This document shows, in pieces, positions 22,651-30,009 of a DNA stretch of 30,541 nt. The position numbers were made by a program, and so were the translations under genes. The notes beneath the pieces were generated by a model. It did not search any database, had not been told where the DNA came from, and saw only the letters and a program-made list of their open reading frames with translations. Numbering within the stretch: the first letter of the stretch is position 1; every line of letters starts with the position of its first letter. This DNA is from a virus (taxonomy: Duplodnaviria; Caudoviricetes), in IMG/VR virus record IMGVR_UViG_3300049982_000071, positions 1 to 30,541 of that record, one strand, 5' to 3'.

Positions 22651-23735
22651 CCTGGGTGAGCCTGAGGTTGTTGCTCGTGCCGCTCCAGTGCCGCTCGGGC
22701 CTGATCGAACCTGGCCTCGGTGGCATGGGTGTACCGCTCGGTCGACCGCAACGACTTGTGCCCCATCAGCGCGGCGATCTGGGTAGCCGGCACACCCGCC
22801 TCCGCGAGCCATGACCCGAACGTGTGACGCAGATCGTGCGGCGTCGGTTGCGGCTCCGCGAGCCGCGCCTTCTGAACGGCAGGCTTCCACACGTCGTCCA
22901 GCCAGTGCGGGTAGTGCAGCCGCTTCCCGCCAGGCGTCCCCTGCCGCTTGCGGGACGTGAACACCAGCTCGTCATTCGGCTCGGGGATCGCCCGCGAAAG
23001 CTGAACGACCAGCGACTCGGTCAGGGGAACCACCCTCACTCCCGCCGGAGTCTTCGGAGCTTTGTCTCCGCCCTTGCGGGGAAGCACGGTGACGATGTTG
23101 ATCCGCTTCCGCAGCAGGTCGACCCGGAACCTGCGCAGCCCACACGCCTCCTGGAACCGCAGCCCGCAGTACAGCAGCAGCTCCACGAACAGCCGGTCAT
23201 GGTCGGAGAACTGCGCAAGCAGATGGTCCGCCTCGTCGCGGGTGAGGATGCGGTCCACGTGCGGCGCGGCAGCCTTCGCCTTGACGCCATTGGTGGGGTC
23301 GGCAGCCAGCAGTCGGTGCTTCACCGCGGCCCGCAGCATCTGCCCCAGCGTCCGCAGGCAGGCGTTCACCGTAGGTGCGCCGACAGGTACGGACTCGAGC
23401 TCGGTGACCCAAGCCTCCACGTCCCACGCCTGGATCGTGGCCAGCGGCCAGGACCCGAACTTGGGTTCGATGTGTTTGCGCCACTGCGAATCCAGCCGTG
23501 TCTGGGTGGACAGCTCCACTCGCCGGGTCGTCTCCCACTTCACCCGCCATTCGGCCAGCGTGATCTTCCCGGCGTTCGGGTTGACCCACTCCCCGCGACG
23601 GATCTTGGCTTCCTCGTCGGATGCCCAGGTCTGCACGACCTTCTTCAACGGGTCGGACCTGGAGAACCGGGCGCCGGACGGATGACGGACCGTGGCCTGC
23701 CACAGACCGGACTTGAGTTTGCGGACGTGCGCCAT
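22638..23735 (-). CDS. int: Tyrosine integrase (365 aa)
   Basis: MAHVRKLKSGLWQATVR arm-binding N-terminus. Catalytic GLRFQE, PKT, HDLRH, LMGH, TERY. Confidence 0.95.
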   Translation of the reverse strand: MAHVRKLKSGLWQATVRHPSGARFSRSDPLKKVVQTWASDEEAKIRRGEWVNPNAGKITLAEWRVKWETTRRVELSTQTRLDSQWRKHIEPKFGSWPLATIQAWDVEAWVTELESVPVGAPTVNACLRTLGQMLRAAVKHRLLAADPTNGVKAKAAAPHVDRILTRDEADHLLAQFSDHDRLFVELLLYCGLRFQEACGLRRFRVDLLRKRINIVTVLPRKGGDKAPKTPAGVRVVPLTESLVVQLSRAIPEPNDELVFTSRKRQGTPGGKRLHYPHWLDDVWKPAVQKARLAEPQPTPHDLRHTFGSWLAEAGVPATQIAALMGHKSLRSTERYTHATEARFDQARAALERHEQQPQAHPGVPK

Positions 23736-23811
23736 CAGCAGGCCTCGACCAGCAGCAGACCGATAGCGATGAGTTCGCGATCCATTCCCGGATCGGTCCA
23801 CCAGTCACCGG

Positions 23812-24234
23812 TCAGGGTTCGGCACGGGCACCCTCGACGGCCAGTATCCGCAGCATCCTCCGCGCTCCTGCGGACAGCGCCGGCCAAGCAGTGATGATCG
23901 CAGCCAAGTCTTGATCCTCTACCGGCAGCGGCTCCAGTCCACGCAGTATCCGGTCGATCGATCCCGGACGCCATCCCAGCGCCCGCTCGAGAGCTGTCAG
24001 CGTGGTCGGGTCGTACGAGGTCTTGCGCCCGTTCTCGATGCTGTCCAGCGTCGAGGTCGACAACCCGGAGACCGTCGACAGCTGGGTGATGCTGTAGCCG
24101 AGGACAGCGCGCGAGGTCTTGACGCGCTCCCCCAGTCTGTCCCACCCGGTCGTCACGATGGTGAGCGTTTCGGCAAGTGAGGTCTGCCGAGTTCTCCCCA
24201 CGCAGATCGTGGCGAATCTTGGCGGGACTGTCAC
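23812..24234 (-). CDS. XRE-family immunity repressor (true start may be GTG ~24156)
   Basis: WDRLGERVKTSRAVLGYSITQLSTVSGLSTSTLDSIENG...TLTALERALGWRPGSIDRILRG. Confidence 0.85.
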   Translation of the reverse strand: MTVPPRFATICVGRTRQTSLAETLTIVTTGWDRLGERVKTSRAVLGYSITQLSTVSGLSTSTLDSIENGRKTSYDPTTLTALERALGWRPGSIDRILRGLEPLPVEDQDLAAIITAWPALSAGARRMLRILAVEGARAEP

Positions 24235-24695
24235 ACACGATCAGCCACGCTCCCTACAGGCGTCAACGCCGGGGAACTGCCGCAGTTCGAGCACCGATGC
24301 AGCGGCACCAGCACCGGACGGATCGGCTGCTCCAGCCCCCGATCCCTGTACCCCTCGTCGTACCCCTCTTCCAGCCCCCTGTTGTGGGCGACCTTGTAGA
24401 TCTCGTCCGCGGCCAGGTTCTTCGTCTCCAGCCGCTTGTAACAGATCACGACCGCACCGAGAACGACGGCGGCGATGCCGATCCGGTCGGGCTGGACATG
24501 ATCCACACTCCCCCAGGCCAGGCCACCAACCCCCAATCCGAACAACGTCGTCCCGATGATCCCCAGCAATGTCGGTTTGCGTCGTTTCACAACCCAGTCC
24601 CTCCCGAACAGGTTGAACCACACATGCGCCCCTCGCGAGCCGCGAGGTACAGCGCCTTTATCGTTCGAAACGGCGGAATTGTTACTCATTGTCAT
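24231..24695 (-). CDS. Two-TM membrane protein with C-terminal CxxC (alternative start GTG 24590 with RBS GGGAGG)
   Basis: Two hydrophobic helices, GLEEGYDEGY, RCSNCG. Confidence 0.7.
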   Translation of the reverse strand: MTMSNNSAVSNDKGAVPRGSRGAHVWFNLFGRDWVVKRRKPTLLGIIGTTLFGLGVGGLAWGSVDHVQPDRIGIAAVVLGAVVICYKRLETKNLAADEIYKVAHNRGLEEGYDEGYRDRGLEQPIRPVLVPLHRCSNCGSSPALTPVGSVADRV

Positions 24696-24729
24696 ATCTC
24701 GTTTCGGTCACGATGCGTGTCGGTCGTTG

Positions 24730-25077
24730 TCATGTCGCACTACGAACGCGCCTCTGGAAAGGGTCTTGTCCCTCGAACAGCTCGAGAGTGACCCTGATCA
24801 GGTCAGGGTCCGCGCCGGAGTTGCGGATCCGCCGGGTGTCGCCGTTGCCGATGTAGACCAGCCAGTCCGCCGGCAGCCCGAGCTTGCCGCCCATGGCGCG
24901 AAGCATCGTGTCGGCCACATCCTCGGATCCGGCCTTGATGCGTTTGATCGTCGGCAGGCTGGGGCTGCCGGGTCTCGCGCCGACCGATCGGGCGCTCATG
25001 CCCTGTCGGGCGATCTCGTCGGTGACGAATCGGGCGATGCGGGCGCGTCCGTGTCTGTCGATCATGTTGATGATCAT
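24730..25077 (-). CDS. Second HTH (XRE-like) regulator; start uncertain (25107/25077/25065)
   Basis: RIARFVTDEIARQGMSARSV...PSLPTIKRIKAG...TMLRAMGGKLGLP. First gene left of the divergent switch. Confidence 0.7.
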   Translation of the reverse strand: MIINMIDRHGRARIARFVTDEIARQGMSARSVGARPGSPSLPTIKRIKAGSEDVADTMLRAMGGKLGLPADWLVYIGNGDTRRIRNSGADPDLIRVTLELFEGQDPFQRRVRSAT

Positions 25078-25089
25078 CGCAGACCACCC

Positions 25090-25116
25090 CGGATCATCTC
25101 GGTTCATTCGGGTTCA
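25090..25116 (-). repeat. Three 10-bp-period boxes
   Basis: Minus strand TGAACCC-GAA-TGAACCG-AGA-TGATCCG. Confidence 0.75.
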
Positions 25117-25124
25117 TGTCAGCC

Positions 25125-25153
25125 ACGGTAACCGCCTAGTCACGATCCCGCAA
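25125..25153 (-). promoter_or_regulatory. Leftward (lysogeny) promoter
   Basis: TTGCGG-N17-TACCGT, then 7 nt to ATG 25117. Confidence 0.65.
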
Positions 25154-25199
25154 TAGCCTCTTTGAACCCACTGGACCCCGAAATAGACCGCTTAGAGCC

Positions 25200-25229
25200 T
25201 TGCGCCAGAGCAAGCACGGGGAGTAACGT
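25200..25229 (+). promoter_or_regulatory. Rightward (early lytic) promoter
   Basis: TTGCGC-N18-TAACGT, then 7 nt to GTG 25237. Confidence 0.65.
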
Positions 25230-25236
25230 CTGTGCT

Positions 25237-25377
25237 GTGAACCCAAATGAGCCCACAAGATCCCACGGGTGGTTACTCAAGCAGGGTCCCAAGCCCGCCA
25301 AGGTCCCTTGCCTGCCGCGCCTAGCGCTGGCACTCATGGTTCTTGCCGGCCTACTGACAGGACTGGTGATCCGGTGA
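25237..25377 (+). CDS. Leaderless 46-aa peptide with a C-terminal TM helix
   Basis: MNPNEPTRSHGW...LALALMVLAGLLTGLVIR*. GTGA-coupled to the Xis-like gene. Confidence 0.5.
   Translation: MNPNEPTRSHGWLLKQGPKPAKVPCLPRLALALMVLAGLLTGLVIR
25238..25264 (+). repeat. Three 10-bp-period boxes
   Basis: TGAACCC-AAA-TGAGCCC-ACA-AGATCCC, with another TGAACCC at 25163. Confidence 0.75.
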
Positions 25378-25583
25378 CGAAGCCGAAAGAGATGACCGCG
25401 GAGAAGCGACTGCTGACCGTTCGGGAAGCGGCTGCGGTCCTGGGCTTCAAGACTCCGGCCCCGGTCTACAAGCTCATCGCAGACGGCGAACTGCCCACCG
25501 TGAGTCTCCCGGTCCGCGGCGGTACTCGCGTCGATGAGAAGGACCTCGACGTCTTCATCGAACGGCGCAAGCGCGTCGCCTAG
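25374..25583 (+). CDS. Excisionase-family HTH DNA-binding protein (Cro position)
   Basis: LLTVREAAAVLG...VYKLIADGELP...RVDEKDLDVFI. Alternative start ATG 25392. Confidence 0.85.
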   Translation: MTKPKEMTAEKRLLTVREAAAVLGFKTPAPVYKLIADGELPTVSLPVRGGTRVDEKDLDVFIERRKRVA

Positions 25584-25586
25584 AAC

Positions 25587-25640
25587 ACCGGGCGGTTGCC
25601 GGCCTGAGTCCATCCCCCCGACTCCCGGCATCCGCCCGGT
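25587..25640 (+). promoter_or_regulatory. Long hairpin with a C-rich loop
   Basis: ACCGGGCGG/CCGCCCGGT, TGCCGG/CCGGCA, GAGTC/GACTC, loop CATCCCCCC. Confidence 0.55.
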
Positions 25641-25720
25641 CTCCAACTTCACAGCAAACAGAAGCGGCCCTCGCTGCCAGCCAAGACAGAACGAGGGCCA
25701 CCTACTAAGGGGTCAGTCTA

Positions 25721-25939
25721 ATGGACGCAGTACTGAGGGTCATCGGGATCGTGGGGGCGGCGTGGTTGCTGCTGTCGATCCTGCTCGCAGTCGCATGGGC
25801 GCTGGGTGGGAAGCGGATCTTCCGCAGGCCACCGCAGCCACCGCAGTTGGTGATCAACACAACGCTGTCGCCTGAGCAGGCAGCCGCCGACGTGATCGCG
25901 CAGTTCAAGCGCGCGAACAAGATGCGGGGCGATCTGTGA
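25721..25939 (+). CDS. Small membrane protein (72 aa)
   Basis: RBS AAGGGG, N-terminal TM. Confidence 0.7.
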   Translation: MDAVLRVIGIVGAAWLLLSILLAVAWALGGKRIFRRPPQPPQLVINTTLSPEQAAADVIAQFKRANKMRGDL

Positions 25940-26232
25940 TGGCCGCCGGCGCGGCGATCGCGGGGCTGGCGCTTCTGGTCCTGACGGGTCAAGGCTGCCA
26001 GGACCAGGCGACACCGGCCTCGATGATGGACGGCGCGCACAACATCACGAAGTCCATGCGCGGCTTCTGGGACTCTCCCGGTGGCGCGGGGTGTAACTGG
26101 CGCAAGTTCGACCGGTTCGGCAACCCGACCGGCCACGGCGGTGGGTCCCGTTCGCAGACGGTGCTACTGGTCTCGTCCGATGTGGGCGGCAAGTTCAAGT
26201 CGGATCGGTGCAAGCTGTGGAGCCCGAAGTGA
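25936..26232 (+). CDS. Putative secreted protein/lipoprotein
   Basis: Hydrophobic N-terminus with LTGQGC. GCNWRK...FKSDRCKLW could form a disulfide pair. Confidence 0.65.
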   Translation: MMAAGAAIAGLALLVLTGQGCQDQATPASMMDGAHNITKSMRGFWDSPGGAGCNWRKFDRFGNPTGHGGGSRSQTVLLVSSDVGGKFKSDRCKLWSPK

Positions 26233-26426
26233 ACCCGCCGTACGCGGTAGCCGGCACCGAGGTCGAGGTCGGCATGACGATCATCCTCGAGCCGGACGGT
26301 TCTCCGTTCGTGGTGGCGGAACTGAAGCCTGCGGGCGGCGCGGTGAACTGGCGGTATGCGTTCAGCGCGACCGGCAACGAGGGCCTGCTCCACCTGAAGT
26401 CGTGGTACGCGGCGGTGGACTCATGA
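26229..26426 (+). CDS. Hypothetical protein (65 aa)
   Basis: GTGA and ATGA overlaps, RBS GGAG. Confidence 0.7.
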   Translation: MNPPYAVAGTEVEVGMTIILEPDGSPFVVAELKPAGGAVNWRYAFSATGNEGLLHLKSWYAAVDS

Positions 26427-26626
26427 GCATCCAGTGGAGCGCCAAGTCCGACAACGACGGCTACGGCGAGACCGTAGGTCGCCTCTACCGCGGCGAGCGA
26501 GCCCACTCCTTGCTCGCGGTCATGAAGCTCACCGGTGGTTCCGAGCTGCTGATGACTCCCGCCGAACTGCGCGAACTCGCCAGCGTCGCGAACCTTCTCG
26601 CCCGCCAGATCGAGGCAGACAAATGA
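26423..26626 (+). CDS. Hypothetical protein (67 aa)
   Basis: ATGA overlaps. LMTPAELRELA motif. Confidence 0.7.
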   Translation: MSIQWSAKSDNDGYGETVGRLYRGERAHSLLAVMKLTGGSELLMTPAELRELASVANLLARQIEADK

Positions 26627-26895
26627 TGGCCACCGAAGAGTGCCACTCCGCGACGATGGCGTGGATCGAGGACATTGTTGCCCTCCACCCCGAACTGTGG
26701 GACCACGTCTACGAGTACGCCACTGAGAATGGCCGCCTGTGGGTGCTGGTCGAAGGCACTGACTTCGAGGTGCTGGCGTGGCGTGCCGCTGTCGGTGGCC
26801 GGATCATGCGGTCGCAGGTCGTCAACGGCGTCTGGAGCAAGGAAGTACTGGGGATCCGGGTGCACGTACGCGTGACGGATCGGGGTGAGCGATGA
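26623..26895 (+). CDS. Hypothetical protein (90 aa)
   Basis: ATGA overlaps, RBS GAGG. Confidence 0.7.
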   Translation: MMATEECHSATMAWIEDIVALHPELWDHVYEYATENGRLWVLVEGTDFEVLAWRAAVGGRIMRSQVVNGVWSKEVLGIRVHVRVTDRGER

Positions 26896-27200
26896 CGATC
26901 CAGCCGCTGACCATCACGGTCACAGAGGTTGCCGAGGACACCGAGTGGGATATCGCCTGCGAGCGCATCTCGCGACCTAGGGTTGCCCACACCCATCCCT
27001 GCCAGGGATCGGGGCGCGCCGAATGGTCGCTGTGGCTCAGCTGCGGATGCTCTCCGGTCTACGTCCTCTACTGCACGGCGTGCAGGGATGCCGTCCTGTC
27101 TGCAACGGGCATCCACTGCGACGTATGTGAGTTCACGTTCAGCCCCGGCTCGACCGCCTACTGCTTGGTTGAGCCGCTGAGCAGGCGGGTGTCCTCGTGA
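26892..27200 (+). CDS. Cys-rich putative Zn-binding protein
   Basis: CE...C, CGC, CTAC, CDVC. Overlap-coupled. Confidence 0.7.
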   Translation: MTIQPLTITVTEVAEDTEWDIACERISRPRVAHTHPCQGSGRAEWSLWLSCGCSPVYVLYCTACRDAVLSATGIHCDVCEFTFSPGSTAYCLVEPLSRRVSS

Positions 27201-27382
27201 ACTGCATCTGTGGCGCCACGTCCGCTGGTCTCGTCACGTCTCGTCCCCTCGCCGGCACCGACCACTTCGCCTCAGCCCCGGTGTGTTCCCTGCCTGCGTG
27301 TGTGGACGAGGCCACCAAGTGGGTGACGAGAGTGACGTTCGGCAAGCCCGCGTTCCACGTACTCAACGAGGTGGCGTCATGA
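27197..27382 (+). CDS. Small Cys-containing hypothetical protein
   Basis: CICG...CSLPAC. Overlap-coupled. Confidence 0.65.
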   Translation: MNCICGATSAGLVTSRPLAGTDHFASAPVCSLPACVDEATKWVTRVTFGKPAFHVLNEVAS

Positions 27383-27768
27383 AGATCACCGACGAAGCCG
27401 TGCGGGCTGCGGCGAAGGCGTGGACCGACGCGTACTACAACAGCGACAGCGGTGACTGGATGCGCGCGGCGCTCACTGCTGCGCTGCCCCACCTGACCGA
27501 TGACGGGGCGGCGGATACGCCCCCAGCCGACCTCGCAGGTATTGGCGCACCTTCGGCTGCCGAGAGTGCGACTACTACTGCCGCCCCGTCATCGCCCCAC
27601 TTGTACAACGAAGAGATCTACAGCCGAGTGCATCACTTCATGCGCGGTTGGGACCGGGGCGAGGTCATCTCGGCGTCAGTGACTGCGGGCGAGGGGCAAG
27701 CGCTGCTCACCTACTCCGATCTCGGCGAGTTGCTGTACGCCTTCAAGGGCGAGGGGCGTGCGTCATGA
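27379..27768 (+). CDS. Hypothetical protein (129 aa)
   Basis: RBS GAGGTG. ITDEAVRAA...MRAALTAALPHL is a common actinophage motif. Confidence 0.7.
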   Translation: MKITDEAVRAAAKAWTDAYYNSDSGDWMRAALTAALPHLTDDGAADTPPADLAGIGAPSAAESATTTAAPSSPHLYNEEIYSRVHHFMRGWDRGEVISASVTAGEGQALLTYSDLGELLYAFKGEGRAS

Positions 27769-27848
27769 CCGGCGTGTTCCGGACAGCCATCGCAGTCGCA
27801 GCTGTCGCTGGCCTCTGGATGCTATGGCGTACGGGGAGCTGGCGCTGA
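27765..27848 (+). CDS. 27-aa TM peptide
   Basis: ATGA and TGATG overlaps, RBS GAGGGG. Confidence 0.55.
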   Translation: MTGVFRTAIAVAAVAGLWMLWRTGSWR

Positions 27849-28021
27849 TGCATGCACGCCTCGGTTTGAAGGCTCGATGGTTCTGCAAGGGATGCACCAC
27901 ACGCCGCTACCAAGGCCGCTTCCCCTGCACCGAATGCTGCGGCTGGACCGCATCCGCCGGCAAGGTCGCGCGCGGTGTCCTCACCGCACACGGCCAGCTG
28001 AACGCCAGGTGCCTCCCATGA
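27848..28021 (+). CDS. Small Zn-ribbon-like protein (57 aa)
   Basis: CKGC...CTEC...H...C. Overlap-coupled. Confidence 0.6.
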   Translation: MHARLGLKARWFCKGCTTRRYQGRFPCTECCGWTASAGKVARGVLTAHGQLNARCLP

Positions 28022-28269
28022 TGCGCAGGTTCGTCCTCGTTCGAAGCAAGGACGTCACCGGCAGGAGCGGCCTCGGCATCATCGCCGAAGGGTGCGCCTG
28101 GACAGGCGGTTCGGCGCACCTGCACTGGATGACGGACTGGGAAACGTTCGTCCACTGGCCTGGCGGGGTCGACGCGATCCTCGCCGTACATGGGCACGAA
28201 GGTTCGACCATCGTCCGCTGGCTGGACGAGCACCCACTGACCACTTTCGACCGGGAGGACCGGGGATGA
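28018..28269 (+). CDS. Conserved phage hypothetical protein (83 aa)
   Basis: RRFVLVRSKDVTGRSGLGIIAEG...HGHEGST family pattern. Confidence 0.8.
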   Translation: MMRRFVLVRSKDVTGRSGLGIIAEGCAWTGGSAHLHWMTDWETFVHWPGGVDAILAVHGHEGSTIVRWLDEHPLTTFDREDRG

Positions 28270-28415
28270 ACATGATGCGAGGGGTCCCAGAGCCCGAAGG
28301 ACCGGGGATCGGATTCAAGATCTGGTTCGCGTTCTGTGCACTGCTCGGGCTGGGCATGACGGGCGTTGTGGTCTGGCTGATCATCGCCGCCATCCACTGG
28401 CTGGGGAGGCACTGA
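28266..28415 (+). CDS. Small TM protein (49 aa)
   Basis: RBS GGAGG, hydrophobic helix. Confidence 0.65.
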   Translation: MNMMRGVPEPEGPGIGFKIWFAFCALLGLGMTGVVVWLIIAAIHWLGRH

Positions 28416-28648
28416 TGACTTCGGCGCCGATCAAACTCAGCAGAGACCGCTTCAAAGCGGCACGCAAGGGTGAGCCCTACGACCCGCCCAACGTCCACGC
28501 CGACCGCCTGCTGGCGATCCTGCAACCAGCAGCAGCCAGCGACCCCGCGCCGGACTCTGCGGCCTTCCGGAAGTACGTCACGGACTCGTTCGCCGATCGG
28601 TTCCTCAGCCTTTGCGCGGCCCACCCTGTGCGTGCGAGGCGACCATGA
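28415..28648 (+). CDS. Hypothetical protein (77 aa)
   Basis: RBS GGAGG, TGATG and ATGA overlaps. Confidence 0.65.
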   Translation: MTSAPIKLSRDRFKAARKGEPYDPPNVHADRLLAILQPAAASDPAPDSAAFRKYVTDSFADRFLSLCAAHPVRARRP

Positions 28649-28827
28649 TCGGCCAGTTGATGAAGGTCGCCTACGAGGTCGTTGCTGTCGGCTTCATCGT
28701 GCTGGTCATCCTCACCGTCCCGAAGGCCCGTGCTCGTGGCAAACGTCTGTTCGTGGACGAACCCACCGCACGCATCAAGGGGCTCTCTGCCGACACCCGC
28801 ATGGATCACAGTCAGGACGCGCTATGA
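28645..28827 (+). CDS. Small TM protein (60 aa)
   Basis: ATGA overlaps, one TM. Confidence 0.65.
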   Translation: MIGQLMKVAYEVVAVGFIVLVILTVPKARARGKRLFVDEPTARIKGLSADTRMDHSQDAL

Positions 28828-28991
28828 GGGAGCGCCTGCACTGCCTGCGCGCTGCGTTCCGTCGCCTGTTCCTGCTCGACCCGTCACCTGAGCCTGACCT
28901 CAGACGTGGTCACCCCTGCCGCGTTCCGTCATTGGATCGCCGGCTCCAAGCATCCCGACGCATGCCGTGTCGGGTGTCAGTGCAGACCTGA
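28824..28991 (+). CDS. Arg-rich hypothetical protein (55 aa)
   Basis: ATGA overlap, RBS AGGA, atypical composition. Confidence 0.45.
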   Translation: MRERLHCLRAAFRRLFLLDPSPEPDLRRGHPCRVPSLDRRLQASRRMPCRVSVQT

Positions 28992-29007
28992 TCGGAGGTG
29001 AGTTCAG

Positions 29008-29049
29008 ATGACCGTCAACCGTAGCTGGGAGTGGCTTGTCACCCCGTGA
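29008..29049 (+). CDS. 13-aa minigene MTVNRSWEWLVTP
   Basis: Very strong SD GGAGGTG 7 nt upstream, flanked by a 9-bp inverted repeat. Confidence 0.45.
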   Translation: MTVNRSWEWLVTP

Positions 29050-29128
29050 TCTGAACTAACCATCCATCGCCCGCCCGGTCCCTCTGGGGATGACCGGGCC
29101 TCACATCAACCGACAGGGGAGGAACCCG

Positions 29129-29395
29129 ATGAGCGACTGGAAGATCGAAGTAGTCAAGGCGAACCCGGACAGCATCGGGACCCATGACCTGCTGGTCAGC
29201 TTCCTTGAGTGTGACCGTGCGTGGAAGCGGCTCTCCAAGCCCGCCCGAGCCGCCGTAGAGGCCGCGTACCCGGACGGCGTGGTGTCGGCCCACTACAACA
29301 CCATGGACGCCTTAGAGCGCCATGGGTTCATGGACGAGGGGGCGCGCCTGACTCCCGCTGGTCGCGAGGTTGTCCGCTGGATCGTGCGCCCATGA
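29129..29395 (+). CDS. Winged-helix-like hypothetical protein (88 aa)
   Basis: RBS GGAGG. TMDALERHGFM...RLTPAGREV. Confidence 0.7.
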   Translation: MSDWKIEVVKANPDSIGTHDLLVSFLECDRAWKRLSKPARAAVEAAYPDGVVSAHYNTMDALERHGFMDEGARLTPAGREVVRWIVRP

Positions 29396-29547
29396 GTGAG
29401 CACACGTGGCTAGGCCACCGCGACCTCTGCCCTATCGCCTGGGGAGAACCCTGCGACTGCCCTTGCAGCAAACCCACCTGTCCCGGTGTCGACCGTTGCC
29501 AAGACCCCGAATGCCCCGTGCTGGACCTGTTCAACACCACTGAATGA
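29392..29547 (+). CDS. Cys-rich small protein (51 aa, 7 Cys)
   Basis: ATGA overlap. H...CP...CDCPC...C...C...CP. Confidence 0.6.
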   Translation: MSEHTWLGHRDLCPIAWGEPCDCPCSKPTCPGVDRCQDPECPVLDLFNTTE

Positions 29548-29562
29548 GGGAGGGGAAACCCC

Positions 29563-30009
29563 GTGAGCCAAATGAAACGCTCGAAGCTGGCGGTCACTGA
29601 CGCTGCGGCGAGGCTACGCGCCGGCGAAAGCCTGAAAGTGGTTGCCGCCGAGGCGGAGATCTCCACCCACACACTCTTGGACAGGCTGAGTAAGGCCGGG
29701 TTCTCAGGCAACGGTGAGAACAACTCGGTCGAGCAGCGCCACGAACTGAAGACCTACCTGTCGTCGGCGTTGCTCACATGGCTGGAACCGTGGATGGCTG
29801 ACGCGGTCTGCGCACAGACGGACCCGGATGCTTTCTTCCCCGAGAAGGGCGGTAGCACCGCTGAGGCTAAGCGTGTCTGCCTGGGGTGCCCGGTACGGGA
29901 GACCTGTCTTGAGTGGGCTCTGGCCAGTGGCGAACGCTTCGGCATCTTCGGCGGCAAGTCGGAGCGTGAGCGGCGCAAGATTGCGCAGCAGCGTAAGGAA
30001 GCGGCATGA
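29563..30009 (+). CDS. whiB: WhiB-family transcription factor with an N-terminal HTH extension
   Basis: CAQTDPDAFFPEKGGSTAEAKRVCLGCPVRETC...ERFGIFGGKSERERRK. RBS GGGAGGGG. Confidence 0.92.
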   Translation: MSQMKRSKLAVTDAAARLRAGESLKVVAAEAEISTHTLLDRLSKAGFSGNGENNSVEQRHELKTYLSSALLTWLEPWMADAVCAQTDPDAFFPEKGGSTAEAKRVCLGCPVRETCLEWALASGERFGIFGGKSERERRKIAQQRKEAA

